DNA of 64,000 bases from Rhodothermales bacterium (GCA_040904565.1 JBBDTI010000054.1:51524-115523), one strand, 5' to 3'. Counted from the stretch's first letter, positions 10,378-20,930 are shown. The notes: generated by a model from the letters alone, not told the origin. Translations and numbers: made by a program.

Positions 10378-13218
10378 TCAGTCTCGGTTGACGAGCTCGT
10401 TGATTCCGTTCAATATGGCACGCCGCTGCTCCTGCGTATCGGCCTGCGACAGACGGCCCGACAGGGTCTGCAGGGCCTGCTGCGATCCGATTGCCGCGAT
10501 GCGGCGGATCGTAAATTCAAGAATGTTCGGCAGCTCCGAGGCGAGGGCCACGTCGAGCGCCCGGCCCATATCGAGGGGCACGGTGGGCTCCGTGGCATAC
10601 CAGACCATCAGAGGTTGGTTGTGGTCATCGGCGTCCTCGGAACGGAGGTGCAGTTCTTCAAGAACGGTCCACCGGCGATCCGGTTCGATGCGCTGCAGTG
10701 CGGCGGCGACGTGGAGCCGTACCATGGCCGACTCGTCGTGGGCGGCCAGGCGAGTGAGAGCAGACATCGCGGCGTCCGAAATCTCACGGTCTTCAGCCAG
10801 CAGCTGAACGGCCCAGCTCCGGACGTATTCGTTTTCATGTGAGAGATACTCCACCAGCGCCGCGTCGGTGAGTCCGCCCGTGACGTGGAGAGCCCAGAGC
10901 CCGCGCAGCTGGTGTGCGGGCTCTGCTTCGTTGTCGATCAGGTCGTTCAGGGCGTCGTGGACGATTTCGTCGGCTCCCCGCTCTTGAAGAATACGCTGCG
11001 CGTGTCGGACGTACCACTCGTTATCGTGCGTCAGCAGGTCCACGAGCTCGGCGGAGGTCCGCTCCTGCACATTCACCCGCACGAACCGGTCGTTTTCGTG
11101 GCTGATCTTGAAGATGCGGCCCAGCGACTTTTCGTGGACGTCGGGATTCGGGCTGTGGCACTGGTTCTTGTCGTACCAGTCTATCGCGTGGACCGACCCG
11201 CCGGGTCCGTAGCGCAGGTTCAGCATCTGCGACCAGGCATCGTTAGCCATTAGAAAATCGTCTCCGTGGGTTGCGCGGTAGCCTGATCCGTCTCTCTCGA
11301 GAACGTCCGCGTTCACGCGGTACCCGTGGATGTTATTCATCAGGATCCGCGACCGGTACGTATCCGGCCAGCTTCCGCCCTGGTAGATCATGGCCCCTGC
11401 GTGCGCGTGCCCACCGCCTCCGCCGCGTCGGCTTCCGGCGGCCCAGCCCTTATCACCCACCCAGTGCACGTGGTCGGCGATCGTCTCGATGTCGTCGTAC
11501 GTATATGGATTAAAGTGTTCGCCGGCCTGTCTGAAATAGCGGGCGCCCTGAACGACGTGGTATAGATGGGGGATGACGCAGGCCGTGATAAACGGCTGTC
11601 CGTACTCGTTCCAATCGAGGCCCCACGGGTTGCTCGTTCCGTGCGCGTAGACCTCGAATTCGTGACGCGTGGGATGATAGCGCCAGACCCCGGCGTTGAG
11701 GGGTGTGCGAAGCGAGTCGGGCGTTCCCGGTTCACCTACGTTCGAGTGCGTGAAGACGCCTTGCGTGCCGTAGAGCCATCCATCCGGACTCCAGCGAAAC
11801 GAATTAAGGGTCTCGTGCGTGTCGTGATATCCCCATCCATCAAGCAGGATCTCCGGCTCGCCGGCGGGCCGATCGCCGGAGGCATCGATCGGGATATACA
11901 TCAAGTAGGGTGCTGCGCCGACCCACACGCCGTCGAACCCCACTTCGATGCCGCTGACGAGGTTGAGTCCCTCGACGAACACCTTCCGGCTATTTAGTGT
12001 GCCGTCGCCGTTCGTATCCTCGAAGATGAGGATGCGATCCTGCCCTTCACCGTCCGGCGCCCTGCGGGGATACGTACGTCCTTCCGCGACCCAGAGGCGG
12101 CCGCGGTCGTCGTACGTGAAGGCGATCGGGCGAACGACGTCGGGTTCTGAAGCGGCGACCTGTACGGAAAACCCCTCCGGAAGGTCCATGGCCTCGACGG
12201 CCTCCTCGGCGGAGAGTCCGGCGTGCTCGGGAAGCTGCAGGGCGGGAAGCGGCTCGGTCTCCTCGCGGGTCAGCTCGTTGGGAAAAGATGGCCTCGTTTC
12301 GTAGAAGCGGAACCGGTCGAAGCGGATATGAGCCCACTGGTGCGGATCGTGGAAGGGGTTGGACCGTTCCCCGGTCTCTTCGTCGACGATCTCGATGAAG
12401 ATATCTTCTCCCATGTATTCGCTTACATCGACGACGACGGGGCGCAGGGACGCGCCGTCATGGCCCGATATGGAATAGAAGATCGTACCGTCGTCGGCGC
12501 GGCGAAGCTCTACGTGCGTGCCTTCGAACGCGCCTCCGGCGATGAGAAAGGCCGCGTACGGATGCGTGACTTCGAAGGGGGCGGACTGAAGGCGTCCGGT
12601 AGGCGCGCTCCCGGCCAGGGCGCCCGTATCGATCCAGTAGTCGCCGTCGTAATTGGAGGCCGGTTCGTGTTCATCGCTCGCCTCGATATCGACGGACGAC
12701 ACGGGCTGATCGTCGAAGGCCGTTCCGACCGCCGTCCAGTCCGCCAGCGTCCCGTCCTCAAAGTCGACGTTGATCGGAGGGGCCTGGCCCGGATCCTGCG
12801 CCACGTCGCCCGAGACGATCTCGAAGCGTCCTTCCATTCCGGCGGCCCGGTGGCCGGGAATCGTGCAGAAGTAAATGTCGTCGGCGACGGCCGTGAACGT
12901 GACGCTGGCGCGTTCGCCGACCTCGAGGACCTCGTCCGTCTTGACCCCCAGTTCTTCCATCTTCAGGTCGTGAACCAGCGTCTCGCCGTTCACGATCGTG
13001 ATCCGGACGACCTCGCCTTCTTCAGCGGTAAGGACCGGATTGCGTACGCCGTCGATCTCACCACCGATGCCCGTGTAGCCGAGCATGGTGGATTCCAGTA
13101 CGTATTCCCGGTCGATCTCGGATGCGTCGTCGAGATCCTGCGCGCTCACGATGGAGGTCGTCGGCAGCCACGAGAGCAGCACGGAAAGGAGAAGGCGCTG
13201 AAGACAACGAGCGTACAT
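10378..13218 (-). CDS. PVC-type membrane-bound dehydrogenase domain protein with N-terminal cupredoxin domain
   Basis: 'VHDLKM...YFCTIPGHRAAGMEG' type-1 copper motif followed by the same propeller/HEAT body as 6546..9119; start moved to ATG 13218. Confidence 0.85.
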   Translation of the reverse strand: MYARCLQRLLLSVLLSWLPTTSIVSAQDLDDASEIDREYVLESTMLGYTGIGGEIDGVRNPVLTAEEGEVVRITIVNGETLVHDLKMEELGVKTDEVLEVGERASVTFTAVADDIYFCTIPGHRAAGMEGRFEIVSGDVAQDPGQAPPINVDFEDGTLADWTAVGTAFDDQPVSSVDIEASDEHEPASNYDGDYWIDTGALAGSAPTGRLQSAPFEVTHPYAAFLIAGGAFEGTHVELRRADDGTIFYSISGHDGASLRPVVVDVSEYMGEDIFIEIVDEETGERSNPFHDPHQWAHIRFDRFRFYETRPSFPNELTREETEPLPALQLPEHAGLSAEEAVEAMDLPEGFSVQVAASEPDVVRPIAFTYDDRGRLWVAEGRTYPRRAPDGEGQDRILIFEDTNGDGTLNSRKVFVEGLNLVSGIEVGFDGVWVGAAPYLMYIPIDASGDRPAGEPEILLDGWGYHDTHETLNSFRWSPDGWLYGTQGVFTHSNVGEPGTPDSLRTPLNAGVWRYHPTRHEFEVYAHGTSNPWGLDWNEYGQPFITACVIPHLYHVVQGARYFRQAGEHFNPYTYDDIETIADHVHWVGDKGWAAGSRRGGGGGHAHAGAMIYQGGSWPDTYRSRILMNNIHGYRVNADVLERDGSGYRATHGDDFLMANDAWSQMLNLRYGPGGSVHAIDWYDKNQCHSPNPDVHEKSLGRIFKISHENDRFVRVNVQERTSAELVDLLTHDNEWYVRHAQRILQERGADEIVHDALNDLIDNEAEPAHQLRGLWALHVTGGLTDAALVEYLSHENEYVRSWAVQLLAEDREISDAAMSALTRLAAHDESAMVRLHVAAALQRIEPDRRWTVLEELHLRSEDADDHNQPLMVWYATEPTVPLDMGRALDVALASELPNILEFTIRRIAAIGSQQALQTLSGRLSQADTQEQRRAILNGINELVNRD

Positions 13219-13597
13219 CGGCGGGCAGTAGAGAAGGATATATAACTTGGAAAGCGAACAGGACCTGGAAGCCGGGTGGACGAGGAACACCGTCCCGCAT
13301 CTAGGCCGCAGCAGCCGACCCACAATATACACGCGATGTGTCGACTTATGAAGGGTGGAGTCAAATGGAGCGCTCGTGCTCGAGCCAGGGCCTGTCTCGG
13401 CGCGGATGCGGAGCGGCTCTTGCCGTCCGGCTGGTGCCGCGCCGCATCCGTACCAACCGTTCTGCTGGTGCCGCATCGCATTGGCACGAACCGTTTGGTT
13501 ATCTTATCGCGGCCGGCACGTCCAAAGAAAAGGCTGTGGACAGGGGCGGGGTAGTTCCGGCAAATGAAAGATTGCCCGAACAACTAGTCCGAGGTGC

Positions 13598-15133
13598 GTG
13601 ATGTACAGCTTTCTCAGATCGGCCCTGCACGCAGCGCTCACCGCACTGTTACTCTTGACGGCCGGATGTGCCGGCGAGACGGACGACCCGGTCCGCATGC
13701 TGACCGGTGGCATCCGTCACGAGTCGAATACGTTCATCCCCATTCATACGACGGAAGCGGACTTTACGATACGTCGCGGCGTCGATGCGCTCGAGGACCA
13801 GCCGTGGGCCGTCTACCTCCAGGAGGAGGACGTCGACGTCGTTCCCACCGTTCACGCGTACGCATCGCCGTTCGGCGTCGTGGCGGCGGAGACCTACGAG
13901 CGGTTCAAACAAGAAATTCTGGACGGTCTTCGCGAGGCCGGGACGGTGGACGCCGTGTACCTCGACATGCACGGCGCGCTCCACGTGGAGGGGTACGACG
14001 ATGCACAGCTCGACCTGGTGCGGTCCGTTCGCGAGCTCGCCGGGCCGGCTGCGCTGATTGGCGCGAGCTTCGATCTACACGGTAACCTGTCCGCCTCGTT
14101 CGTCGACGAACTCGATATGATGACCGCCTACCGCACGGCGCCGCACGTCGATGGGGACGAAACGCGTGTCCGCGCCGTAAGGCGGCTGCTCGAGGCGGTC
14201 CGCGAGGGTCTGCGTCCCGTCATCGCGCACGTCAACGTGCCGATTCTTATCCCCGGTGAGAAGGGTATCACGTCGGTCGAGCCGCTCAAGTCGCTCTACG
14301 AGCAGCTGCCCGAGATAGAAGGCAGGGAAGGACTTGTGGATGCCTCGATCTTCGTCGGCATGCCGTGGACCGACGTGCACCGTGCGGGGATGAGCGTCCA
14401 GGTCGTCGCGGAAGGCGAGCGGTACCGGGGCGCGGCCGAAGAAGAGGCGCGTCGTCTGGCCGAGGCCTTATGGGATCGCCGGCACGAGCTCAAATTTGAC
14501 GTGCCGACGGCCGGCATCGATGAAGCGATCCGGATTGCCCTGAATGCACCCGAATCCACCGTGTTCATTACGGACTCGGGCGATAACACTACGGCCGGTG
14601 CCGCCGGCGACAACCCGCTCGTGGTCGAGCGGCTCCTCGCCCACGGAGTCGACGATGCGGTCGTTGCCGGTGTCGTGGATCCGCAGGCCGTCCAACAGTG
14701 CGAAGAAGCCGGCGTAGGCGCGAGCGTGAACCTGGTCGTCGGAGGCCGTCTTGATACGGTATTCGGTGAGCCGTTGGAGGTCACCGGTACCGTGAGATAC
14801 GTGACGCCGCCCGATGCGCGCAGCGGCGAGCCTGGACCGCTTGAAGTGCGCCCCGCCGTGGTCGACCTCGGCGGCGTACTGCTCGTGCTGCTGAATCGCC
14901 GGCGCTCGTTTACGAGTCCGGCGGACTTCGAGGCGGTGAACATCAATCCCCTCGATCACAAGATCGTCGTCGTCAAGCTGGGATATCTGTTTCAGGGGCT
15001 GCGCGACATCGCCCCCCGGACGATCATGGCGTTGACGCCGGGTTTTGCCTACCAGGTGGTCGAGAACCTACCGTACGAGCAGGTACGTAGGCCGATCTAT
15101 CCGCTCGATCCGGACATGACGTGGGCCCCTTAG
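13598..15133 (+). CDS. M81 family metallopeptidase (MlrC-like), predicted lipoprotein
   Basis: 'GIRHESNTF', 'LDMHGA', 'DLHGN', 'YRTAPHVD', 'DSGDN', 'IVVVKLGY'; lipobox LTAGC. Confidence 0.9.
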   Translation: MMYSFLRSALHAALTALLLLTAGCAGETDDPVRMLTGGIRHESNTFIPIHTTEADFTIRRGVDALEDQPWAVYLQEEDVDVVPTVHAYASPFGVVAAETYERFKQEILDGLREAGTVDAVYLDMHGALHVEGYDDAQLDLVRSVRELAGPAALIGASFDLHGNLSASFVDELDMMTAYRTAPHVDGDETRVRAVRRLLEAVREGLRPVIAHVNVPILIPGEKGITSVEPLKSLYEQLPEIEGREGLVDASIFVGMPWTDVHRAGMSVQVVAEGERYRGAAEEEARRLAEALWDRRHELKFDVPTAGIDEAIRIALNAPESTVFITDSGDNTTAGAAGDNPLVVERLLAHGVDDAVVAGVVDPQAVQQCEEAGVGASVNLVVGGRLDTVFGEPLEVTGTVRYVTPPDARSGEPGPLEVRPAVVDLGGVLLVLLNRRRSFTSPADFEAVNINPLDHKIVVVKLGYLFQGLRDIAPRTIMALTPGFAYQVVENLPYEQVRRPIYPLDPDMTWAP

Positions 15134-15147
15134 CGGGGCACGCGCCG

Positions 15148-16683
15148 CTATGCGGCCCGGTCCCTCCGGGCCGAATAAACCGCCCACACCCACAATGCGA
15201 TGCAAAGCACGCCCAGCGCGGCCGCGACGGGGCGTCCGAAGAAGGCGAGCGGGTCGCCGCCGGCGGAGGTCAGGATCTGAATGAACCGTTCTTCGAGCGG
15301 CGCGCCGAGAATGATGCCCAGGACGACGGGTCCGAGCGGAACGTCCATCCGCTCGAGCCCGAATCCGAGGAGCCCCATGCCCAGCATGACGGCGACGTCG
15401 AAATTGCTGCTGTTGATGGCGTAAGCTCCGACGATGCAGAGCAGGAGGATGATCGGCATGAGGAGTTTCTGCGGTACGCGCACGACGCGCGATCCCATCT
15501 TCACGGCGAGGAGTCCGACCGGCAGGAGCACCAGGTTCGCGACGATAAAGATCAGGTAGATGCTGTAGACGAGTCCGGCCTGCTCGAGGAAGATGTCCGG
15601 GCCCGGATTGACGTTCTTCATCAGAAGGACGCCGATCACGATGGCCGTGATCGAGTCGCCCGGAATGCCGAAAACGAGCGCGGGTATCCAGGTACCGGCC
15701 AGGGCGGAGGAATTTGCCGCCGTGGCATCCGAGATACCGTCGATGGAACCCTTACCGTAGGCCTCCGGCGTGTCGCTGGCTCGCTTGGATGCGGCGAGGG
15801 AGACCCACGACGCGATGTCGGCCCCGGCACCGGGCAGCATGCCCACGAACGAGCCGATGACGCCGGATCGGAAGGTATGGCGAAGCCGTCTGCGAACGAC
15901 CGAGAAGCCCGGCTTGATGACGTCCACGATAGGGCCGATCAGATAGCGTCGTACGTGGGAGCGTCCCCGCCGTGCCGTCGACGGCGGCGTCATGCCGCCC
16001 AGGCCGGTGCCCCCGACGAGATTGTTGAGCACCTCGGAGAGTCCGAACAGTCCGATCATGGCGGGAATGAAATTGATGCCCTGATACAGCTCGGGCCGGC
16101 CGAACGTGAACCGGGCCTCCGTGTGTACGGCGCTGAGGCCGACGGTCGACAACAAGAGACCGATCAGCATGGCCAGCGAAGCCTTGCTGAGCGCGCCTCG
16201 GGAGACGACCACGGCGGAGCTCAGACCGAGCACGTAGAGCCAGAAATATTCGGCGATGCTGAAAAAGGTCGCGACGCGGGCGAGTTGATGACCGAGCGTC
16301 ATGAGCACGACGGCTCCGAAGAGTCCGCCTGCGACACTCGAAACGAGCATCGTCCCGAGCGCGAGGTCCGACCGCCCTTCCCTGGTAAGCGCGTAGGCGT
16401 CGTCGACGTACGCCGCCGACGCCGGTGTACCGGGAATGCGCAGCAGCGTCGTGGGGAGGTCGCCGGCGAAGATGGCGCAGGCGACCATGGTAACGATGCC
16501 CGCGAGGGCGGGAATCGGATCCAGCCAGTACGTCAGCGGGATGAACAGCGCGACCGACATCGTGGCCGTCAGTCCGGGCATGGAACCCATGAAGACGCCG
16601 TAGAGCGCCGAGAAGAAGACGATCGCCAGGACCTCCGGACTGAGAACGACCTGCTGCAGGGCCTGAAGGAGGGCTTCACTCAT
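15148..16683 (-). CDS. tctA: Tripartite tricarboxylate transporter large permease
   Basis: 'GSMPGLTATM', 'LLRIPGTPAS', 'GMLPGAGADIA', 'LVFGIPGD'. Confidence 0.92.
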   Translation of the reverse strand: MSEALLQALQQVVLSPEVLAIVFFSALYGVFMGSMPGLTATMSVALFIPLTYWLDPIPALAGIVTMVACAIFAGDLPTTLLRIPGTPASAAYVDDAYALTREGRSDLALGTMLVSSVAGGLFGAVVLMTLGHQLARVATFFSIAEYFWLYVLGLSSAVVVSRGALSKASLAMLIGLLLSTVGLSAVHTEARFTFGRPELYQGINFIPAMIGLFGLSEVLNNLVGGTGLGGMTPPSTARRGRSHVRRYLIGPIVDVIKPGFSVVRRRLRHTFRSGVIGSFVGMLPGAGADIASWVSLAASKRASDTPEAYGKGSIDGISDATAANSSALAGTWIPALVFGIPGDSITAIVIGVLLMKNVNPGPDIFLEQAGLVYSIYLIFIVANLVLLPVGLLAVKMGSRVVRVPQKLLMPIILLLCIVGAYAINSSNFDVAVMLGMGLLGFGLERMDVPLGPVVLGIILGAPLEERFIQILTSAGGDPLAFFGRPVAAALGVLCIALWVWAVYSARRDRAA

Positions 16684-16689
16684 GCTCGT

Positions 16690-18024
16690 TCACCATCCTA
16701 AAACCCCCCACGGAAGCGGCACGCGCAGCAGTACGGCGAAGAGGTGGTACGTAACGACGGCCGACGCGACGGACGCCGCGAGGGCCACGGGAAGACGGAC
16801 CCGCAGCAGGAGGAAGAAGCCGAGCAGGATACACGCAGCCGTGACGACGTACCCCAGCGATTCCACGACGAGCACGTACAGGAGGACGGCACCTATCGCT
16901 CCGGCGGCGAAGAGGATCCCACGCCGGGTTACGTCATCCCGTTCTCGATCCTCCGACGTGTCGCGCCGGACGTGGGCCAGCACGGAGAGCACGAGCGAGA
17001 CGCTCATCAGCACGCCGATCGCGGCGGGGAACAGCCAGGGCCCGTAGGTCTGCCGTCGCACGGACTCGAAGGCGGCGCTCTGAAAAATCTCCCCGAAGGC
17101 CCGGTTTTCTTCTTCCAGCGCCTCCGCGAACGCTTCGGGTCCGTCGGCCGCCGCACCGAAGCCCGCCCGCTCGGAGAACGCGAGATATTCGTCGCTCGTC
17201 ACGACGTTGCGGACGGCCGATTCGAGTACCTCGACGCGGTCTTCCGGCACGCCGAGAGGAAGGGCGAGCCCGCGCCACGTAAAGCTCGTCCAGTCGACGC
17301 CCGTCTCCTCCAGCGTCGGCACGTCCGGTACGGATGGCAGCCGCTCTTCGGCCATGACGGTAAGGCAGCGAATTTCTCCGGCGTCGACGAGACTTTGCGC
17401 CTCCGGCACGCTGCAGCTGACGACGTCGACGCCGCCCGCCATCATTTCCTGCAGCGATGGGGCGGATCCGTTCAGGGAGAGCCAGACGATGTCGCCAGCG
17501 CTCAGGTCGTTGCGAATCAGCCAGCCGGCGAGTGCCACGTGCCAGATCCCGCCGAAGGCCGTTCCGGATGCGCGCAACTCGCCCGGCCGATCGCGCACCT
17601 CCGCCTCCAGCTCGTCGATGGTTTCCCACGGCGAATCGGCCCGAACGAACAGGGCGGCATAGTCGCGATTGACCCGCATCAACGGCCGGAAGTCGCGGTG
17701 GGTAATGTTCGTGAGGCCGCGCCAGTGGAGCATGTTCAGCTCGGCCGTGATCATCGTCATCGTATATCCGTTCGGCTCGGCGAGCGCGCCGCGGGTATGG
17801 CCTGTAACGCCGGCGCCACCGCTGGCGTTGACCACGTTGACGGGCACGCCGAGCTCCTGCTCGAGCTGGGCGGCGATCTGCCGGGCGACCCGGTCGGTAC
17901 CGCCGCCGACCGACCACGGCACGATCATCGTGATAGGTCGGTTCGGAAAGGCGTCATCCGTCTGACATCCACCCGAGAAAAACCCCAGGAGGAGGACGAG
18001 CAGCAATGTGGAGAGCGAGCGCAT
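16690..18024 (-). CDS. TctC substrate-binding protein fused to a TctB small permease
   Basis: 'FPNRPITMIVPWSVGGGTD', 'PDVPTLEETG', then four TM segments with 'PWLFP', 'LGYVV', 'LRVPLPWG'; start moved to ATG 18024. Confidence 0.88.
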   Translation of the reverse strand: MRSLSTLLLVLLLGFFSGGCQTDDAFPNRPITMIVPWSVGGGTDRVARQIAAQLEQELGVPVNVVNASGGAGVTGHTRGALAEPNGYTMTMITAELNMLHWRGLTNITHRDFRPLMRVNRDYAALFVRADSPWETIDELEAEVRDRPGELRASGTAFGGIWHVALAGWLIRNDLSAGDIVWLSLNGSAPSLQEMMAGGVDVVSCSVPEAQSLVDAGEIRCLTVMAEERLPSVPDVPTLEETGVDWTSFTWRGLALPLGVPEDRVEVLESAVRNVVTSDEYLAFSERAGFGAAADGPEAFAEALEEENRAFGEIFQSAAFESVRRQTYGPWLFPAAIGVLMSVSLVLSVLAHVRRDTSEDRERDDVTRRGILFAAGAIGAVLLYVLVVESLGYVVTAACILLGFFLLLRVRLPVALAASVASAVVTYHLFAVLLRVPLPWGVLGW

Positions 18025-18037
18025 GCGTGCGGGCAAT

Positions 18038-19315
18038 CTACCAGTTCTGGATGGAACCGTCGGGGCGCCGAAACTGGGGGATCGGATCGTCGTGGTCGGT
18101 GATTTCCGCAACGAGCTCGGCCTCTGCCGGGTCGAACGTGACGCCGAGTCCGGGCCGGTCGTTCGGGCGGATCTTGCCGTCGATAAACTCGAACGTTTCC
18201 GGCAGATGAGCCTCCGGGGAGGGACCGCTTCCCCGCATCTCGATGACGACGGGGTTGGGGGAGGAGCCGCAAGCGTGCACGAGCGCGGCCGTGGAGATTG
18301 TCCCGGTGAAATGCGGCACCAGGCCCACGTAATGGGTTTCACACAGTGCGGCGAGCTTCTTGAATTCCGTGATGCCGCCGGCATTTGGGAGCGTCACGCG
18401 TGAATAGTCGATCAGCCGGTCTTCGACGAGCTCGTTGACGGTCCACCGATCGCCGTAGTGCTCGCCGACGGCGATCGGAACGTTGACCTTCTGGCGGACG
18501 GTCTGGTATACCTCCTTGTTCTCCGAGCGAACCAGGTCTTCGACGAAAAACGGTTCGTAGGCTTCGATGAGGGCGCTCAGCCGTACGGCCTGGGTGAGAT
18601 CGAGTCGCGTGTGGAAGTCGATGCACCAGTGGCCCGCCGATCCGACCCCGCGGTGGACGGCTTCGCAGCGGGCGCGGTTGTGTTCGAAGATGTCGTTCGG
18701 ATCGAACGTGTCGTCGCCGCGCGGATTGTCGGCCGAAATCCGATAGGCGTAAAAGCCGGCCTCTACGCAGGCACGGGCGGTAGACTCGAGGTCGCCCTGC
18801 CACGGGTAGCCGGTGGAGTAGCACTCGATATGGTCTCGCGTCAGCCCGCCCAGCATCTCGTATACGGGAACGTCGAGCGCGCGGCCCTTGATATCCCACA
18901 GCGCCATGTCGAGCGCACCGAGGCCGTGCAGCTTCTCGAGGCCTGGGGGATAAAACCAGCCGCGGTACATGAGCTGCCACAGATGTTCGATCTGGAATGG
19001 ATCTTGGCCGACGATCTGGGCAGCCATCTGCTCGATCATGTCGGGCGTGCCGCCTTCGCCCACCCCCGTGATGCCGCCGTCCGTTTCGACGGTGACGACC
19101 CGGTTGCTCTGATTGAAGGTGCGATTGAGGTTGGATGGCTCGTAGACGCGAATCCGCGTGATGCGCAGGTCGGAGCGTCCGGGGATGGCACCGAGGCTTG
19201 CGGTGTGAGCGCCCGGCTTCGCATCAGCAGTTGCAGCGGCACGTTCCGGCAGGCCCGAAACAAGTCCGACACACGCCCCCAGCGCGGCCGTACCCAGGAA
19301 AGCTCGTCGATTCAT
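18038..19315 (-). CDS. Mandelate racemase/enolase superfamily acid-sugar dehydratase (galactonate-dehydratase-like) with Tat signal
   Basis: 'MNRRAFLG', 'VETDGGITGVGE', 'LDMALWDIKG', 'DFH', 'FFVED', 'PIAVGE', 'RPGLG'. Confidence 0.88.
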   Translation of the reverse strand: MNRRAFLGTAALGACVGLVSGLPERAAATADAKPGAHTASLGAIPGRSDLRITRIRVYEPSNLNRTFNQSNRVVTVETDGGITGVGEGGTPDMIEQMAAQIVGQDPFQIEHLWQLMYRGWFYPPGLEKLHGLGALDMALWDIKGRALDVPVYEMLGGLTRDHIECYSTGYPWQGDLESTARACVEAGFYAYRISADNPRGDDTFDPNDIFEHNRARCEAVHRGVGSAGHWCIDFHTRLDLTQAVRLSALIEAYEPFFVEDLVRSENKEVYQTVRQKVNVPIAVGEHYGDRWTVNELVEDRLIDYSRVTLPNAGGITEFKKLAALCETHYVGLVPHFTGTISTAALVHACGSSPNPVVIEMRGSGPSPEAHLPETFEFIDGKIRPNDRPGLGVTFDPAEAELVAEITDHDDPIPQFRRPDGSIQNW

Positions 19316-19820
19316 GTCCGCGTCCCCTATGTTGGCATCACGTTCGAGATGGATTCAGAAGATATTGAGGTCCGGTCCCCCTATCAACTCACGTGGCAAT
19401 TGCCGTGTGGATGCAGGCGGCCCCGGCGGAACCCGCCACCAGGTGGCGACGGGAACGATCCACGTCTAGAGGGAATTGAGCCCGCGTCGAGCCGGGAACG
19501 AGCTCGCGTCGGACCGAAAATCAACGTTCGACGAAGACGAAATCGGCCGGTGTCAAGAATGGACTGCGAAGTCTCCATGAACGTGTTATATTGGCACGCG
19601 TGGTAGCGTCCGCCTCACCCGACTTTGGGACGCCGCCGATGCCCCGGATCTCCCAGCGAGGGTGCTATAACGAGCGCTTTCTCGTGAGCCGGTGCGTTCC
19701 GGCATCAGGCCACCTCCGTGCGAACGCCGGTGGTCGATCCGGGCTGAAACCGTTTTTGCAAACGTCATTCTGGTACGTCATTTTCGGACAACCGTTACAT
19801 AAGGAGGGTTGAGAGTATCT

Positions 19821-20930
19821 ATGTCGAACAAGACCCGCGTCGCCATCGTCGGACTCGGCTTCGGGGCCGAGTTTATTCCTATCTATCAGCGCCATCCCGA
19901 CGCCGAGCTCTGGGCGATTTGCCAGCGATCTGAGGAAAGCCTGAACGAAATCGGAGATCAGTTCGGCGTCGATCGTCGATTTACGAGCTTCGAAGACCTG
20001 CTCAAGGAGCCGGACCTGGACGCCGTGCACATCAACACCCCGATCGCCGCGCACGCTCCGATGTCTTTGGCCGGACTGAACGCAGGGAAGCACGTTGCGT
20101 GCACCGTGCCGATGGCTACGACGGTCGAGGAGTGCCTCGAGATCGTGGAGTCGCGGAAGAAGAGTGGCAGGGTCTACATGATGATGGAGACGGCCATCTA
20201 TGCGCGCGAATTTCTTTATGCAAAGGAGCTGTACGATTCCGGGAAGCTGGGGACGATCCAGTTTCTCCGGGGGTCGCATCAACAGAACATGGGGTTGCCT
20301 GGGTGGCCGAGCTACTGGTACGGCTTTCCGCCGATGCATTATGCGACCCATGCCGTGAGCCCGCTGCTGCTCATGGCCGATGCCCGGGCGGATTCGGTCG
20401 TGTGCTTCGGCTCGGGGCGCATCAAGGAGGAATACATCCAGCATTACAACTCGCCCTTTGCCGTCGAGTCCGCGCTCATCGACCTGGCCGACTCCAACCT
20501 GGCCTGCGAGGTGACCCGCTCGCTCTTCGACACGATTCGCCAGTACCGCGAGAGCTTCGACGTATACGGGACGAAACGCTCTTTCGAATGGGAGCAGGTC
20601 GTCGACGAGGGGCCCGTCATCTATTCCGGGTACGAGGATGCCGAACGCGTCGAGGTGCCGGACTACGCGCATCTGCTGCCGGAGGAGATCGCCCCGTTTA
20701 CAACGGGCGGCGTGTATGACGAGGAGCACGAACATACGTCGTTCATCCAGGGCGGCGGCCACGGAGGCTCCCACCCACACATGGTGCATGAGTTCGTCCG
20801 CGCCATCCAGGAAGAGCGTGAAGCGATATCCGATGCCGCGGCGGCAGCTAACTGGACGATGGCCGGGATCTGTGCCCACACCTCGGCTATGAATGGAGGA
20901 GAGCGCGTCCAGGTACCCCAAACATCCTAG
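19821..20930 (+). CDS. Gfo/Idh/MocA family oxidoreductase
   Basis: 'VAIVGLGFG', 'AGKHVACTVPMA', 'PPMHYATH', 'GGGHGGSHPH'. Confidence 0.9.
   Translation: MSNKTRVAIVGLGFGAEFIPIYQRHPDAELWAICQRSEESLNEIGDQFGVDRRFTSFEDLLKEPDLDAVHINTPIAAHAPMSLAGLNAGKHVACTVPMATTVEECLEIVESRKKSGRVYMMMETAIYAREFLYAKELYDSGKLGTIQFLRGSHQQNMGLPGWPSYWYGFPPMHYATHAVSPLLLMADARADSVVCFGSGRIKEEYIQHYNSPFAVESALIDLADSNLACEVTRSLFDTIRQYRESFDVYGTKRSFEWEQVVDEGPVIYSGYEDAERVEVPDYAHLLPEEIAPFTTGGVYDEEHEHTSFIQGGGHGGSHPHMVHEFVRAIQEEREAISDAAAAANWTMAGICAHTSAMNGGERVQVPQTS

Noticed and set aside
13219-13476. N-terminal extension of the 1032-aa ORF (similar extensions at 18025-18384, 36258-36485, 29283-29516)
   Set aside because: These precede clear signal peptides or family N-termini, or overlap neighbouring genes; treated as ORF-caller over-extension.
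15121-16701. 526-aa plus-strand ORF
   Set aside because: Antisense shadow of tctA with no motifs; long shadow ORFs are expected at high GC.
19316-19820. Possible ncRNA or riboswitch in the 500-bp divergent intergenic region
   Set aside because: No recognisable conserved motif by eye; an Rfam/Infernal scan would be needed.
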